From: Nitrospira sp.
GTDB taxonomy: Bacteria; Nitrospirota; Nitrospiria; Nitrospirales; Nitrospiraceae
NCBI GenBank assembly: GCA_047150005.1
Contig: AP038806.1
Coordinates: forward strand, 1,888,001 to 1,952,000
DNA: 64,000 bases
Reading direction: 5' to 3'
Position numbers and translations under genes: made by a program. Positions 22,718 to 31,599 of this stretch are shown here, in pieces (position 1 is the first letter of the stretch; each line of letters opens with the position of its first letter). The notes below the pieces were generated by a model. That model searched no databases. It saw only the letters and a list, made by a program, of their open reading frames with translations, and was not told the DNA's origin.

Positions 22718-22771
22718 CAACAGCATGCAGCGAATGGCACGCCGCGCCGCTCCTGATGCAGGCCGTTAGCC
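22712..22771 (+). mobile_element. attC site 1 (60 bp)
   Basis: R'' GCCTAAC containing the stop codon ... R' GTTAGCC; imperfect palindrome. Confidence 0.85.
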
Positions 22772-22953
22772 CCTTCATTCCTGCACGGGAGGTGCGATGA
22801 CCGTCGCCCTCATCGAAAATACTCCACGACACGTCCGCGAGAACTGGAAGCAAGACAAGATCGATACGCGCACCAAGCAGGCGAAAGACACAGGCTGGGT
22901 TGGGGTTGTTCGCTCTGACTGACGTGCGGGAGTGAGCGGGGTGAGGAGCCTCC

Positions 22954-23247
22954 ATGCCGTTCAAGATTACGATCACGGAGGACGCCGATCGTCAGTACCG
23001 ATCGTTGCCAGTGCGCGAGCACCAAATGCTGGAGGCCGCAATCCAGTCCCGTCTGGGGCACGAACCGACCAAGCCGACGAAAGCGATCAAGCGGTTGCGT
23101 CCGAATCCACTCGCGGAATTCGAGCTGCGGGCGGGCGATCTGCGAGCCCTGTAGAATGTCCAGGGGGACGAGGTCGTGATTCTGATCGTCGGCCGTAAGG
23201 TGGGTAACAAGCTGATTGTGGAGGGGGAGGAGTTCCATGGCCATTAA
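22954..23247 (+). pseudogene. RelE/ParE-family toxin with in-frame TAG at 23152-23154
   Basis: FELRAGDLRAL*NVQGDEVVILIVGRK; frame stays open to TAA 23247, overlapping the antitoxin start. Confidence 0.8.
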
Positions 23248-23503
23248 GACAATCCCGTTGAGCCGCCTGGAAGCGGACCTCAAACAGACGCTGAATGAGT
23301 GCGTTGAGTCTGGCGAGACTGTTGTGGTCGAGATGCCGGATCAACGGCTCTTGGCAATCCAGACGTTGGAGTCGCAGGAAGCTGACACGTTGATGGATCA
23401 GTTGCTGGCGTCCAATCCGAAGTTTCAAGCGTTAGTCAAGAAATCAAAGGCCGGCCCGCGCAAACCGTTTACTGCGGGGAAGCCGGGGCTAACCAACGGC
23501 TGA
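23237..23503 (+). CDS. Putative antitoxin (Phd/YefM-like N-terminus), cassette 2
   Basis: MAIKTIPLSRLEADLKQTLNECVESGETVVV; RBS GGAGG; coupled to the toxin. Confidence 0.7.
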   Translation: MAIKTIPLSRLEADLKQTLNECVESGETVVVEMPDQRLLAIQTLESQEADTLMDQLLASNPKFQALVKKSKAGPRKPFTAGKPGLTNG

Positions 23504-23592
23504 AACTGACCGGGGCCAGCATCCTGGTTTCGCACGGCATGAAGGGCTTGCAGGCCGCCCTGTCGGCTATATCCTTATCGTTGGTGTTCGCT
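23487..23592 (+). mobile_element. attC site 2 (~106 bp)
   Basis: R'' GGCTAAC is exactly complementary to this cassette's start GTTAGCC; right end GTTCGCT (alternative GTTGGTG at 23580). Confidence 0.72.
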
Positions 23593-23739
23593 CTCGTCGA
23601 TACCGCGGCTCAGCGCCAGGGCAGCGGGGTGTAGCGCTTGGCATGTGAGCGTGGCATACTGAGGCTCGAACAAGGATCCCCCCGTCCTGGCGCCAGGCCG
23701 GGGAGTTGGTGTTACGGAGCATCGATGGGAGGGAAACCC

Positions 23740-23940
23740 ATGTCGAAGGTTGACGAACGCAAGACAGCAATCGAGAGACTTCCCCAAGAGGAGTTCACAG
23801 AACTCGTCCGGTGGCTCTCAGAAAAGGACTGGGAGCGGTGGGACAAGCAGATCGAAGTCGACTCTGAGGCCGGGAAGCTGGATTTCCTGATGCGTGAGGC
23901 GCTCGAAGAAAAAACGAAGAGGACCCTCAAGGACCTGTGA
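23740..23940 (+). CDS. Putative antitoxin, cassette 3
   Basis: AIERLPQEEFTELVRWL...WDKQIEVDSEAGKLDFL; GTGA overlap with the toxin gene. Confidence 0.72.
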   Translation: MSKVDERKTAIERLPQEEFTELVRWLSEKDWERWDKQIEVDSEAGKLDFLMREALEEKTKRTLKDL

Positions 23941-24200
23941 ACCATCGCACAACGGCTCGGTTCTAGGCTTGCTATTCGCACCTTCCGGAAGCCGTCCAAA
24001 GAGTAGCCCGCCACAACTTCGACCTTCTGAAAGACAATCCATCACACCCTTCGCTGCACTTCAAAAAGGTTGGCAAGCTGTGGTCCGTGAGGGTTGGACC
24101 TCATCATCGGGCGCTGGCCGTTGAGGATGGGCCAGATTTCGTTTGGGTTTGGGTCGGACCTCATGATGAGTATGAGCGACGTATCAAGCAGCAGAGCTAA
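23937..24200 (+). pseudogene. ParE/RelE-like toxin with in-frame TAG at codon 10 (23964-23966)
   Basis: Own translation VNHRTTARF*ACYSHLPEAVQ...LLKDNPSHPSLHFKKVGKLWSVRVG...WVWVGPHDEYER. Confidence 0.8.
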
Positions 24201-24252
24201 CTCAGCGCTTCAGCAGATCGCCTGCAGCGACCGCTGAGCTTGGTCGTTGGTA
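24195..24252 (+). mobile_element. attC site 3 (58 bp)
   Basis: R'' AGCTAAC containing the stop; CAGC...GCTGAGC inner arms; R' GTTGGTA. Confidence 0.8.
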
Positions 24253-24492
24253 TTCGATGTCATCGATACCTGGACGGGCCGCGCGATCGGCGGCTGCACC
24301 TACCACGTGATGCATCCGGGAGGACGGAACTACGGCGTCTTTCCCGTCAACGCGAACGAAGCCGAAGCCCGACGCCTCGCTCGGTTCTGGGCCCACGGTC
24401 ATACGCCGGGGCCGATGACCGTCCAGCCCGAAGACCGGAATCGCGACTTTCCCTTTACCCTCGATCTGCGACGGAAGCCAGACGTCGGATAA
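24247..24492 (+). pseudogene. Displaced 3' fragment of the transglutaminase/DUF2126 gene (right copy of 227-bp repeat)
   Basis: [27 protein letters not shown]...[10 protein letters not shown] duplicates the C-terminus of 18256-21597. Confidence 0.88.
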
Positions 24493-24514
24493 CCACTCGG
24501 GAAGGGGCCGTGCT

Positions 24515-25495
24515 TCACCGCACGGTCTCCTTCGTCGTGACCCCTTCGACCGGACGCAAGGCGAAAAACGTTTCGTAAATGGCGTCGTCGATCCGATTGA
24601 GCTTGAATTGAAAGTCATCGAAAAACTCGTGCAACCCGCCCGATAAGATGTCCGCCATATCGATGTAGTCCATTTCCGAGCGTAACCTGCCCAACCGTTT
24701 TTCCGCCAAATTGTTGTGCCTATCGCTTTCCGATCCGGCAATCGCACGGAGTGAATCTTCAGCCTTGATGAGGCAATAGCGGATGGTTCGCGGAAAGTTC
24801 GGATTGAGAATCAGAAATTCGGCCACCGTGTTGGGCGAAATGCGACCATGCTGCTTGCAATACATCTCGAGGGCGCTGGCGGACTTCAACAGCGCGGACC
24901 ACTGGATGATATCGAAGGGCGTGCCGACTTCGCCTACGGTTGGGAGCAACATGAAATATTTCACGTCGAGGATGCGGGATGTCTTGTCCGCTCGTTCCAG
25001 CAGGCGGCCGAGTCTGGCGAAATGCCAGCCTTCCCCATGCGACATGGTGGCATCGGTGATTCCCAGGAAGAGATGACTGGCGCCTTTGACGTCCAACAGA
25101 AATGCGTGGAGGTTATGGCTGGAGAGTCCTGTGGACACGGCGTCCCTGACCATCAAATGGAAGCGATTGACCTGTTCCCACATATCGGTGGAGATGATTT
25201 CCCTGACCGATCGTGCGTTCTCACGGGCGGCCACGAGGCAGGACAAGATCGAATTGGGGTTCGCGGCGTCCGCAGAAAGGAATCGGATCACGGCATCCCT
25301 CGTAGCTTTGCCGTAGCGGCCCGCAAACACCTCATGGTCGCCTGTGGTGGCGACCAACGGTTCCCACTGCTCGGCGGTCCCCCTGGGAAGGTCGAGGGTG
25401 AGGTTCAGGTTCACCTCGATGAATCGAGCATAGTTCTCGGCCCGTTCGATATAGCGGTTCAACCAATAGATGGAACTTGCCACTCGACTCAGCAT
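24515..25495 (-). CDS. Alpha-E domain protein (DUF403)
   Basis: MLSRVASSIYWLNRYIERAEN and LGRLLERADKTSRILDVKY (ER motifs). Confidence 0.92.
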   Translation of the reverse strand: MLSRVASSIYWLNRYIERAENYARFIEVNLNLTLDLPRGTAEQWEPLVATTGDHEVFAGRYGKATRDAVIRFLSADAANPNSILSCLVAARENARSVREIISTDMWEQVNRFHLMVRDAVSTGLSSHNLHAFLLDVKGASHLFLGITDATMSHGEGWHFARLGRLLERADKTSRILDVKYFMLLPTVGEVGTPFDIIQWSALLKSASALEMYCKQHGRISPNTVAEFLILNPNFPRTIRYCLIKAEDSLRAIAGSESDRHNNLAEKRLGRLRSEMDYIDMADILSGGLHEFFDDFQFKLNRIDDAIYETFFALRPVEGVTTKETVR

Positions 25496-25568
25496 CGATG
25501 GCCGTGCCGCGCGCGCTCGTCTGGAGCTCGCCTGTCGCCGCTCTGTGATTCGGTGATGAACGAGGAGG

Positions 25569-26999
25569 TCATGAGAGAACCCACGTATCCTTGTTCCCTC
25601 CGCCTTGCGATGAGTTCACCACGAGGGAGCCTTTCCGCAATGCCACGCGCGTCATGCCTCCCGGCAGCACGTAGACACTCTGACCGTACAAGATGTAGGG
25701 ACGCAGATCGACGTGACGCCCTTCCAAATGATCCTCCACGAGGGTAGGCACCCTTGAGAGTGACAGGGTCGGCTGCGCAATATAGTTTCGCGGGTCCGCC
25801 TGAATACGCCGTGCGAAATCTTCACGTTCCTGCTTCGACGCGTGGGGTCCGATCATCATGCCGCAGCCACCGGCCTCGTTCGTCGCTTTGACCACCAGTT
25901 GATCCAAATGGTCCAACACATACGTCCGGTCCCGCTCTTCGGAACAGACATAGGTGGGAACGTTCCTGAGGATGGGCTCCTCGGCCAAGTAATAGGTGAT
26001 GATCTTTGGGACGTAGGCATAGACAGCCTTGTCGTCGGACACACCGGTGCCTGGAGCGTTGACGATGGCCACGCGGCCCTTTCGGTATACATCCATGACG
26101 CCGGGAATGCCGAGGAGAGAGTCGGGACGGAAGACTAACGGGTCCAAAAATTCATCATTGATCCGTCGATAGATGACATCCACGCGCTGCAACCCCTTGG
26201 TGGTCCGCATGTGCACGGATCCGTCCACCACCACCAGATCGGTGGCTTCGACCAATTCCACTCCCATTTTTTGTGCGAGTAGGGAGTGCTCGTAATAGGC
26301 GGAGTTGTAGATCCCGGGTGTTAAGATCACGACGGTGGGATCGGGGACATCCGAGAGATAGCGGAGCGTGTCCAAGAGCTGGCTTGGATAGCCATCGACC
26401 GGCCGCACCCGATAGGCGTCAAACAGCTCTGGGAAGGTCCGCTTCATGACCTGCCTGGCTTCCAGCACATAGGCGACGCCGGACGGGCAGCGCATATTGT
26501 CCTCGAGGACGTAGTAGTGGCCGTCATTGATACGGACCAGATCGATTCCGGCAATGTGGCACCAGATGCCTCGCGGTGGGTTAAGACCGATGCAGGGTTG
26601 CAAGAAGCCTTTGCTGGAATAGATCAGCTCGCCGGGCACCACTCCGTCTTTGACTATCCTCTGATCGTGGTAGATGTCGTCGATGAAGTGATTCAAGGCA
26701 CGCATACGCTGGCGAAGCCCGGACTCGATGTGCTCCCAATCCGCTGCCTCGACAATCCTGGGCACAATATCGAAGGGAAAGACTTGCTCATGTCCGTCGG
26801 TACTTCCGTAGACACCGAACGTCATTCCCATGTTCAAAATGACCCGTTCTGCGGCTTGCTGGCGCTTCTTAAGTTCCCCATTGGCCAGCGCAGCGAACTT
26901 TCTCAACAGCAGCGAGCTTCCGGGCCGTGGTTCTCCTATCCGTTCGTACAGTTCGTCGTAAAATCCTTCGGGATCGTACCCAGAGAATCGTATGCTCAT
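25569..26999 (-). CDS. Circularly permuted type 2 ATP-grasp protein
   Basis: FPFDIVPR, VLEDNMRCPSGV, RHVDLRPY, SLVVNSSQGGGNKDTWVL. Confidence 0.93.
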   Translation of the reverse strand: MSIRFSGYDPEGFYDELYERIGEPRPGSSLLLRKFAALANGELKKRQQAAERVILNMGMTFGVYGSTDGHEQVFPFDIVPRIVEAADWEHIESGLRQRMRALNHFIDDIYHDQRIVKDGVVPGELIYSSKGFLQPCIGLNPPRGIWCHIAGIDLVRINDGHYYVLEDNMRCPSGVAYVLEARQVMKRTFPELFDAYRVRPVDGYPSQLLDTLRYLSDVPDPTVVILTPGIYNSAYYEHSLLAQKMGVELVEATDLVVVDGSVHMRTTKGLQRVDVIYRRINDEFLDPLVFRPDSLLGIPGVMDVYRKGRVAIVNAPGTGVSDDKAVYAYVPKIITYYLAEEPILRNVPTYVCSEERDRTYVLDHLDQLVVKATNEAGGCGMMIGPHASKQEREDFARRIQADPRNYIAQPTLSLSRVPTLVEDHLEGRHVDLRPYILYGQSVYVLPGGMTRVALRKGSLVVNSSQGGGNKDTWVLS

Positions 27000-27077
27000 C
27001 TCGACCTCTCGAAAGCGGTCGTTATCCTGTGTCGCCGGTTGCTCGGATCGCGGCCGTAAGAATGAAGCATCGTTGTG

Positions 27078-27653
27078 CTATCGTCCAATTGGAATCTCGA
27101 TCACCAACCCGCCCATCACGTCATTCAGCTTGAAATCCCTCTTCGGACTGCTTGGGTGCTCATTGTGGCAGTCGATGCAGGCCCTGGTGACGGCATGATC
27201 TGCGTAGATCGCTTGAAAATAGCTCTGACCGCCGATCTTGACGGTGCCTGTCGACGCTCGATCCGGGTGGTCACGCACCGCTTCGAGCCCGGCCTTCTCC
27301 GCTCCGTCGTACGGGGCGTTCTGGGGGTTGATGGGCCAGAGGCTGATGAGACGGTATCGGACCTTGGTTCCGGTTTTCGCCGCGAGTTCGCTCGACTCCA
27401 TCAAGAACTGGGCGGGCAGCGGCAATCTGTTCCTTTTCGTGCGCCAGTCTTCGGCGGCGACCGATCCGCCCTCCTTCTGCATTCGTTCAACCACATGCAC
27501 GCTGTAGAACGTTCGGTCCGCCTCGATGACGGCATGAATGTAGTCGGCGACGGTTTCCGGAGGGATGCCCTCCCGTTCCGAAGCTCCCCCGCGATCTGCA
27601 AGAAGCACGCTGAGGCCCACTATTGCGCTCGCGACGAAGACGATCGCTCTCAT
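27078..27653 (-). CDS. Exported c-type heme protein (DUF3365/Tll0287-like)
   Basis: Signal peptide; LPLPAQFL, YRLISLWPIN, CIDCH heme motif. Confidence 0.82.
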   Translation of the reverse strand: MRAIVFVASAIVGLSVLLADRGGASEREGIPPETVADYIHAVIEADRTFYSVHVVERMQKEGGSVAAEDWRTKRNRLPLPAQFLMESSELAAKTGTKVRYRLISLWPINPQNAPYDGAEKAGLEAVRDHPDRASTGTVKIGGQSYFQAIYADHAVTRACIDCHNEHPSSPKRDFKLNDVMGGLVIEIPIGR

Positions 27654-27783
27654 ACCGTGACCTCCTCTCGTGAAAGTTGGACCGGCCTCAGGCCTGTAGC
27701 ATAATCCCCCATCCCAGGAGGAGGCAATCGACCGTACTCTCCAATTGCATTCGGGGGAATCTCTTTAGTAGCGTGGACTCGAT

Positions 27784-28785
27784 ATGATCACGGAGTTTGT
27801 CATCACGTCCGGGGAGCAGCCGAAGCGGCTGGATGTGTTTCTCGTGAACCGCGAGCGGGACATTTCGCGGTCCGCCCTGCAACGATTGATCGAACTAGGC
27901 CGCATCCGCATCAACGATCAAGTCGTCAAGCCGAGTCAGAGGATCAAGCCCGGCGACAAGATTACGATGGATGTGCCGAAGCCGGAGCCTCTGGAAATCA
28001 AAGGCGAGGCCATCCCTCTGGACATCCTGTTCGAAGATGAGCATCTGCTGGTCCTGAACAAGCCCCCCGGCATTGTCGCGCACCCGGCTCCCGGCAATTG
28101 GTCCGGGACCCTCGTCAACGCCCTCCTCCACCACTTTCAGACGTCGGGCGGCACCATCTCATCAATCGGCGGCAAGGAACGGCCCGGGCTCGTCCATCGC
28201 CTAGATAAGGAGACGTCCGGCGTCATGGTCGTGGCCAAGAATGATCAGGCCCATAGACACCTCGCCATGCAATTCAAACAGCATACGATCGCACGAATCT
28301 ACGAAGCCCTTGTGTGGGGCGTCCCGAAAGCCGGCCGAGGGGTGATTGATCTGTCCATCGGACGCGATTCCAAGGAACGGAAGAAGTTCTCCGCTCGCAC
28401 TGCTCGGCCGCGTACGTCCGTGACGGAGTATGTCGTCCATCGCCGGTTTACGAAACTCGCGGCCCACGTCCTTCTCTATCCGCGTACCGGCCGCACCCAC
28501 CAGCTACGGGTGCATTTATCTTCCTTGGGCCATCCGATTCTCGGCGACCCTACCTACGGAGGACGCAGGGTCTGCCACATCGAGGGGCTGGACATTCCCC
28601 GGGTCATGCTGCATGCCAGGACCTTGGGCTTCACGCACCCCTCGACGGGGGAGTTCCGAGAGTATACGGTACCGTTACCCATAGATATGGAGAACGTCAG
28701 GCGGTACCTGGATCAGACGATTCTCGACCAGAGCCGAGAAACGAGATCTTCTCCATTGTCCTATACGAAGAAGGTGGTCTCATGA
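27784..28785 (+). CDS. rluD: RluA/RluD-family pseudouridine synthase
   Basis: N-terminal S4 domain; HRLDKETSG, TGRTHQLRVH. Confidence 0.88.
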   Translation: MITEFVITSGEQPKRLDVFLVNRERDISRSALQRLIELGRIRINDQVVKPSQRIKPGDKITMDVPKPEPLEIKGEAIPLDILFEDEHLLVLNKPPGIVAHPAPGNWSGTLVNALLHHFQTSGGTISSIGGKERPGLVHRLDKETSGVMVVAKNDQAHRHLAMQFKQHTIARIYEALVWGVPKAGRGVIDLSIGRDSKERKKFSARTARPRTSVTEYVVHRRFTKLAAHVLLYPRTGRTHQLRVHLSSLGHPILGDPTYGGRRVCHIEGLDIPRVMLHARTLGFTHPSTGEFREYTVPLPIDMENVRRYLDQTILDQSRETRSSPLSYTKKVVS

Positions 28786-29204
28786 CCGTTACAGATGTGC
28801 TTGAAACCGTCGGGGGGCTGACGTCGCAACTGAAGGCCTATGCGGCCAAACTGCCGTCGATTGTCTACCTGACCGTCGTGCCGACCGGCATCAAACCCAA
28901 ACCGGAAGCCATCGAGGAATATGAACAGCTCGTCTCCCGATTCCGCCACCAGAGCGCCGGCACTGCGTACAAAGGGTTAAACGAACCGCTGATCGAATCG
29001 CTGGAGGCCTTCGAAGTCGGCGAGTTGCTCGGATCGGTCCAACCCCTGTTGGCCGTGCTCGATCACCTGGAACGGATGCAGCGAGACAAAGAGGCTGAAG
29101 TCGGTCGCACCGACGAGAAACGGCTCCTCGATTACCGTGCGGCGCTCCACAGGATCCTGCCGGGAAACAAACCGGAATTGGATGGAGCCGGACGAGGACT
29201 CTAA
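28782..29204 (+). CDS. Hypothetical protein
   Basis: ATGA coupling to rluD; plausible helical 140-aa protein. Confidence 0.7.
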   Translation: MTVTDVLETVGGLTSQLKAYAAKLPSIVYLTVVPTGIKPKPEAIEEYEQLVSRFRHQSAGTAYKGLNEPLIESLEAFEVGELLGSVQPLLAVLDHLERMQRDKEAEVGRTDEKRLLDYRAALHRILPGNKPELDGAGRGL

Positions 29205-29219
29205 AGACGATCCTTGAGA

Positions 29220-29399
29220 TCAGTGTCCCATCTTCGGCCCCGTCGCATTGGCCCCTTCTGAGATCAGTTTGAATCGAACCAGGGAACCGCAGTGCGGACA
29301 CTTCGCGCGGATCGTGTGTTCGTCGAGCAGCTCGTAATCGTGCTGCTTCAGCCACATCAACTGGAAACATTTGGGACAGCTGCGGACTTGCGTTGCCAT
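29220..29399 (-). CDS. Small zinc-ribbon protein (59 aa)
   Basis: Not in ORF track; MATQVRSCPKCFQLMWLKQHDYELLDEHTIRAKCPHCGSLVRFKLISEGANATGPKMGH; RBS GAGG. Confidence 0.75.
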   Translation of the reverse strand: MATQVRSCPKCFQLMWLKQHDYELLDEHTIRAKCPHCGSLVRFKLISEGANATGPKMGH

Positions 29400-29459
29400 G
29401 AGTTTCCTCGTAGACTAGCCCCGTTCCGACTCACTCGCGGGGAGATACTTTAGTACAAG

Positions 29460-29891
29460 ATGCCTTCTGCCCTCAAGACCGCCCTGGTTTTTTCCGACAA
29501 GAAGGATCTTCAGGCGGCGCAGCTTCTCGGTCTCTTCCACCAAGCACCCTGGGCCAAGGATCGTACCCTCGAGGATGCCAGGGAAATGTTGCGCCACACA
29601 GATCTCGTCCTCACTGCATGGGACGGTGAGCACCTGGTCGGCTTTGGGCGAGTCTTGACCGACTTCGTCTACCGAGCCACGATATGGGACGTGATCGTCG
29701 ACAAGGCCTACCAGAAGCAAGGGATCGGGACGGAGATCGTTCAGCGCATCCTTCAGCATCCGCGGCTGCGTCGGGTCGAGCTCTTTTGGCTGTGTACGAG
29801 GCGTCCGGCGTTCTATCAAAAGCTGGGATTCAGCGCCAAGGAACAGACTGGGATGGTCTGGAGCAGATCGAAACAAGCCAAACAGGAATGA
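29460..29891 (+). CDS. GNAT acetyltransferase
   Basis: LVGFGRV, DVIVDKAYQKQGIG, FYQKLGF. Confidence 0.9.
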   Translation: MPSALKTALVFSDKKDLQAAQLLGLFHQAPWAKDRTLEDAREMLRHTDLVLTAWDGEHLVGFGRVLTDFVYRATIWDVIVDKAYQKQGIGTEIVQRILQHPRLRRVELFWLCTRRPAFYQKLGFSAKEQTGMVWSRSKQAKQE

Positions 29892-29948
29892 CGCGATAGA
29901 CCCTCCCTCGAAGGTGCCCTTTCCGGATCCTGCCCTACGCTCTCCGAT

Positions 29949-30599
29949 TCAGAAGAACAGCTTCACGCCAAACAGAAATCCGAAGGACGAGTAGTTCCAA
30001 TCGTTGTCTCTCACGTTATTGATGGTCACGTGTCCGTCGTTCCGCTTGTAGGCCATCTCGGCATTGAGCGCGAACTGTTTGGTCAAGAGCCAGTCCGCGC
30101 CCCAACCGAGACGCCAGGCCAATGTGTTACTGGGAGAAATGGTCGTCCCTCGGATCGAACTACTTTCTCCGAAGCTGTTGACGTTTACGCCCAGACCCAT
30201 GTTGACATAGGGACTGATCGGACCCCAGCGGACCGGACGGAGTTCGACCGTCGGCATGACCGAGACAGTGTCTTGGTGCCCCAAGTCGACCCCGGGCCGT
30301 TCGAGATTCATCCCGTGCCGCTCCCATTCCAACATCAGGCCGATCAAAAACCATCTATTGAGGCTATACATCGCCTGGAAGTTGACGAGCGATCCGACAT
30401 CGGTCGAAGTGTTGGCGCTCACCTGTTGGGTGACCGGAGCAAAACCCGCCCGCATCCCCAACACGAAGGTCCCTGGGGCGATTCCTCCCTCTTCCGTCTT
30501 CCACTCTTCCGCTGATGCGGCACCGGTTCCGGTCCAGAAGACCAGCAGACCGACACACAGCGCGCTTGCAAGGTGCCGACGCAAACTCGTCTCGCTCAT
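29949..30599 (-). CDS. Outer-membrane beta-barrel protein (OmpW/porin-like)
   Basis: Signal peptide, amphipathic strands, SPYVNMGLG, terminal Phe; RBS AGGAGG. Confidence 0.8.
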   Translation of the reverse strand: MSETSLRRHLASALCVGLLVFWTGTGAASAEEWKTEEGGIAPGTFVLGMRAGFAPVTQQVSANTSTDVGSLVNFQAMYSLNRWFLIGLMLEWERHGMNLERPGVDLGHQDTVSVMPTVELRPVRWGPISPYVNMGLGVNVNSFGESSSIRGTTISPSNTLAWRLGWGADWLLTKQFALNAEMAYKRNDGHVTINNVRDNDWNYSSFGFLFGVKLFF

Positions 30600-30774
30600 A
30601 TGTCCTCCTTGGATGCGTGCCACGTACACGATCGCCTAATCTAATGCCTTTCCCTCCTCATGGCAAACCGAGAATTCACCACGAACAGACCCTTCGAGGT
30701 CCTCGCGCACGTCGGCTGGCTGCGAGAAGCTCCTTGACGGCGTCCCGGTCTCGTCAGTTTCGAGGCGAGATTCG

Positions 30775-31590
30775 TCACGCGGTGGAGTGACGCCTTTTGG
30801 GAGAGCACAGAATGGACAGGAAGAAGAGGCTTGTGGATAAGAGAACAATGGCGGGACCGGAGGGGATATCCCACAGCGCCGAGATGAGCACCCCGCACAC
30901 CGCCGTGGTCATGCCGATGAATAATGAGTACCACGTCAGGGTGGACAGGCTGTGCGTCAGCTGATACGCCGTCGACGCGGGAATCAGGATCATAGCAAAC
31001 ACCAAAATCGCGCCGACTGTCTTGAGTGAGACGACGACGGTGAGGGCGATCAGGCTCAGCAACAGGAAAAAAATGCGACGAGCCGGCACGCCGGAAGCCT
31101 CGGCCATTTCTTGATCGAACGCGATGAAGTACAGCTCTTTGGAAAACAGCAGCATCACGCCAATGATGAAGATGCCGAGCCACATGATCGTGCGCAGTTC
31201 ATCCTTGGTGACCGACAGGACGTTTCCGAAGAGATAGCCGTACACCTCCGCATTGTACGTCTTCATCAGTCCGATGAAGAGAATCGCCAGCGCCATCGTG
31301 GCGGTATAGAGAATGCCGATCGACACGTCCAGTTTCATGCGGCCGTGTTCCTCGACCCAGCCGGTGATCCACACGGTCGTCAAGCCGAACAGCACGGCCA
31401 GCGCCAACGGCGACCATCCCGTCAAATAGCCGAGCGCGACGCCGGCAAACGCGGCGTGGGCGGTCCCGGCTCCGACGAACGCCAGCCCACGCAGGACGAC
31501 GAACACGCCGACGACGGAGCACAGGCCCCCGACCAAGGCCGCCGCCAGTACCGAACGCTGCATGAAATCGTAGGCAAAGAGTTCCAGCAT
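30775..31590 (-). CDS. Zn/Mn ABC transporter permease
   Basis: AHAAFAGVA, YLFGNVL, FDQEMA, VGAILVFAMILIPA. Confidence 0.9.
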   Translation of the reverse strand: MLELFAYDFMQRSVLAAALVGGLCSVVGVFVVLRGLAFVGAGTAHAAFAGVALGYLTGWSPLALAVLFGLTTVWITGWVEEHGRMKLDVSIGILYTATMALAILFIGLMKTYNAEVYGYLFGNVLSVTKDELRTIMWLGIFIIGVMLLFSKELYFIAFDQEMAEASGVPARRIFFLLLSLIALTVVVSLKTVGAILVFAMILIPASTAYQLTHSLSTLTWYSLFIGMTTAVCGVLISALWDIPSGPAIVLLSTSLFFLSILCSPKRRHSTA

Positions 31591-31599
31591 GGCCCGGTC

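Larger units (their letters stand above)
21846..24252 (+). mobile_element. Integron gene-cassette array without integrase (CALIN), three cassettes
   Basis: Three attC sites, each overlapping the end of the preceding ORF; no intI recognisable in window. Confidence 0.82.

Noticed and set aside
23152..23966. Pyrrolysine or recoded TAG in the toxin genes
   Set aside because: TAG is a normal stop in core genes here (rpmH, mnmE, atpD) and no pyl genes are seen; single-base nonsense changes suffice.
30832..30840. DnaA box TGTGGATAA
   Set aside because: Single copy inside a permease CDS; no cluster or unwinding element.
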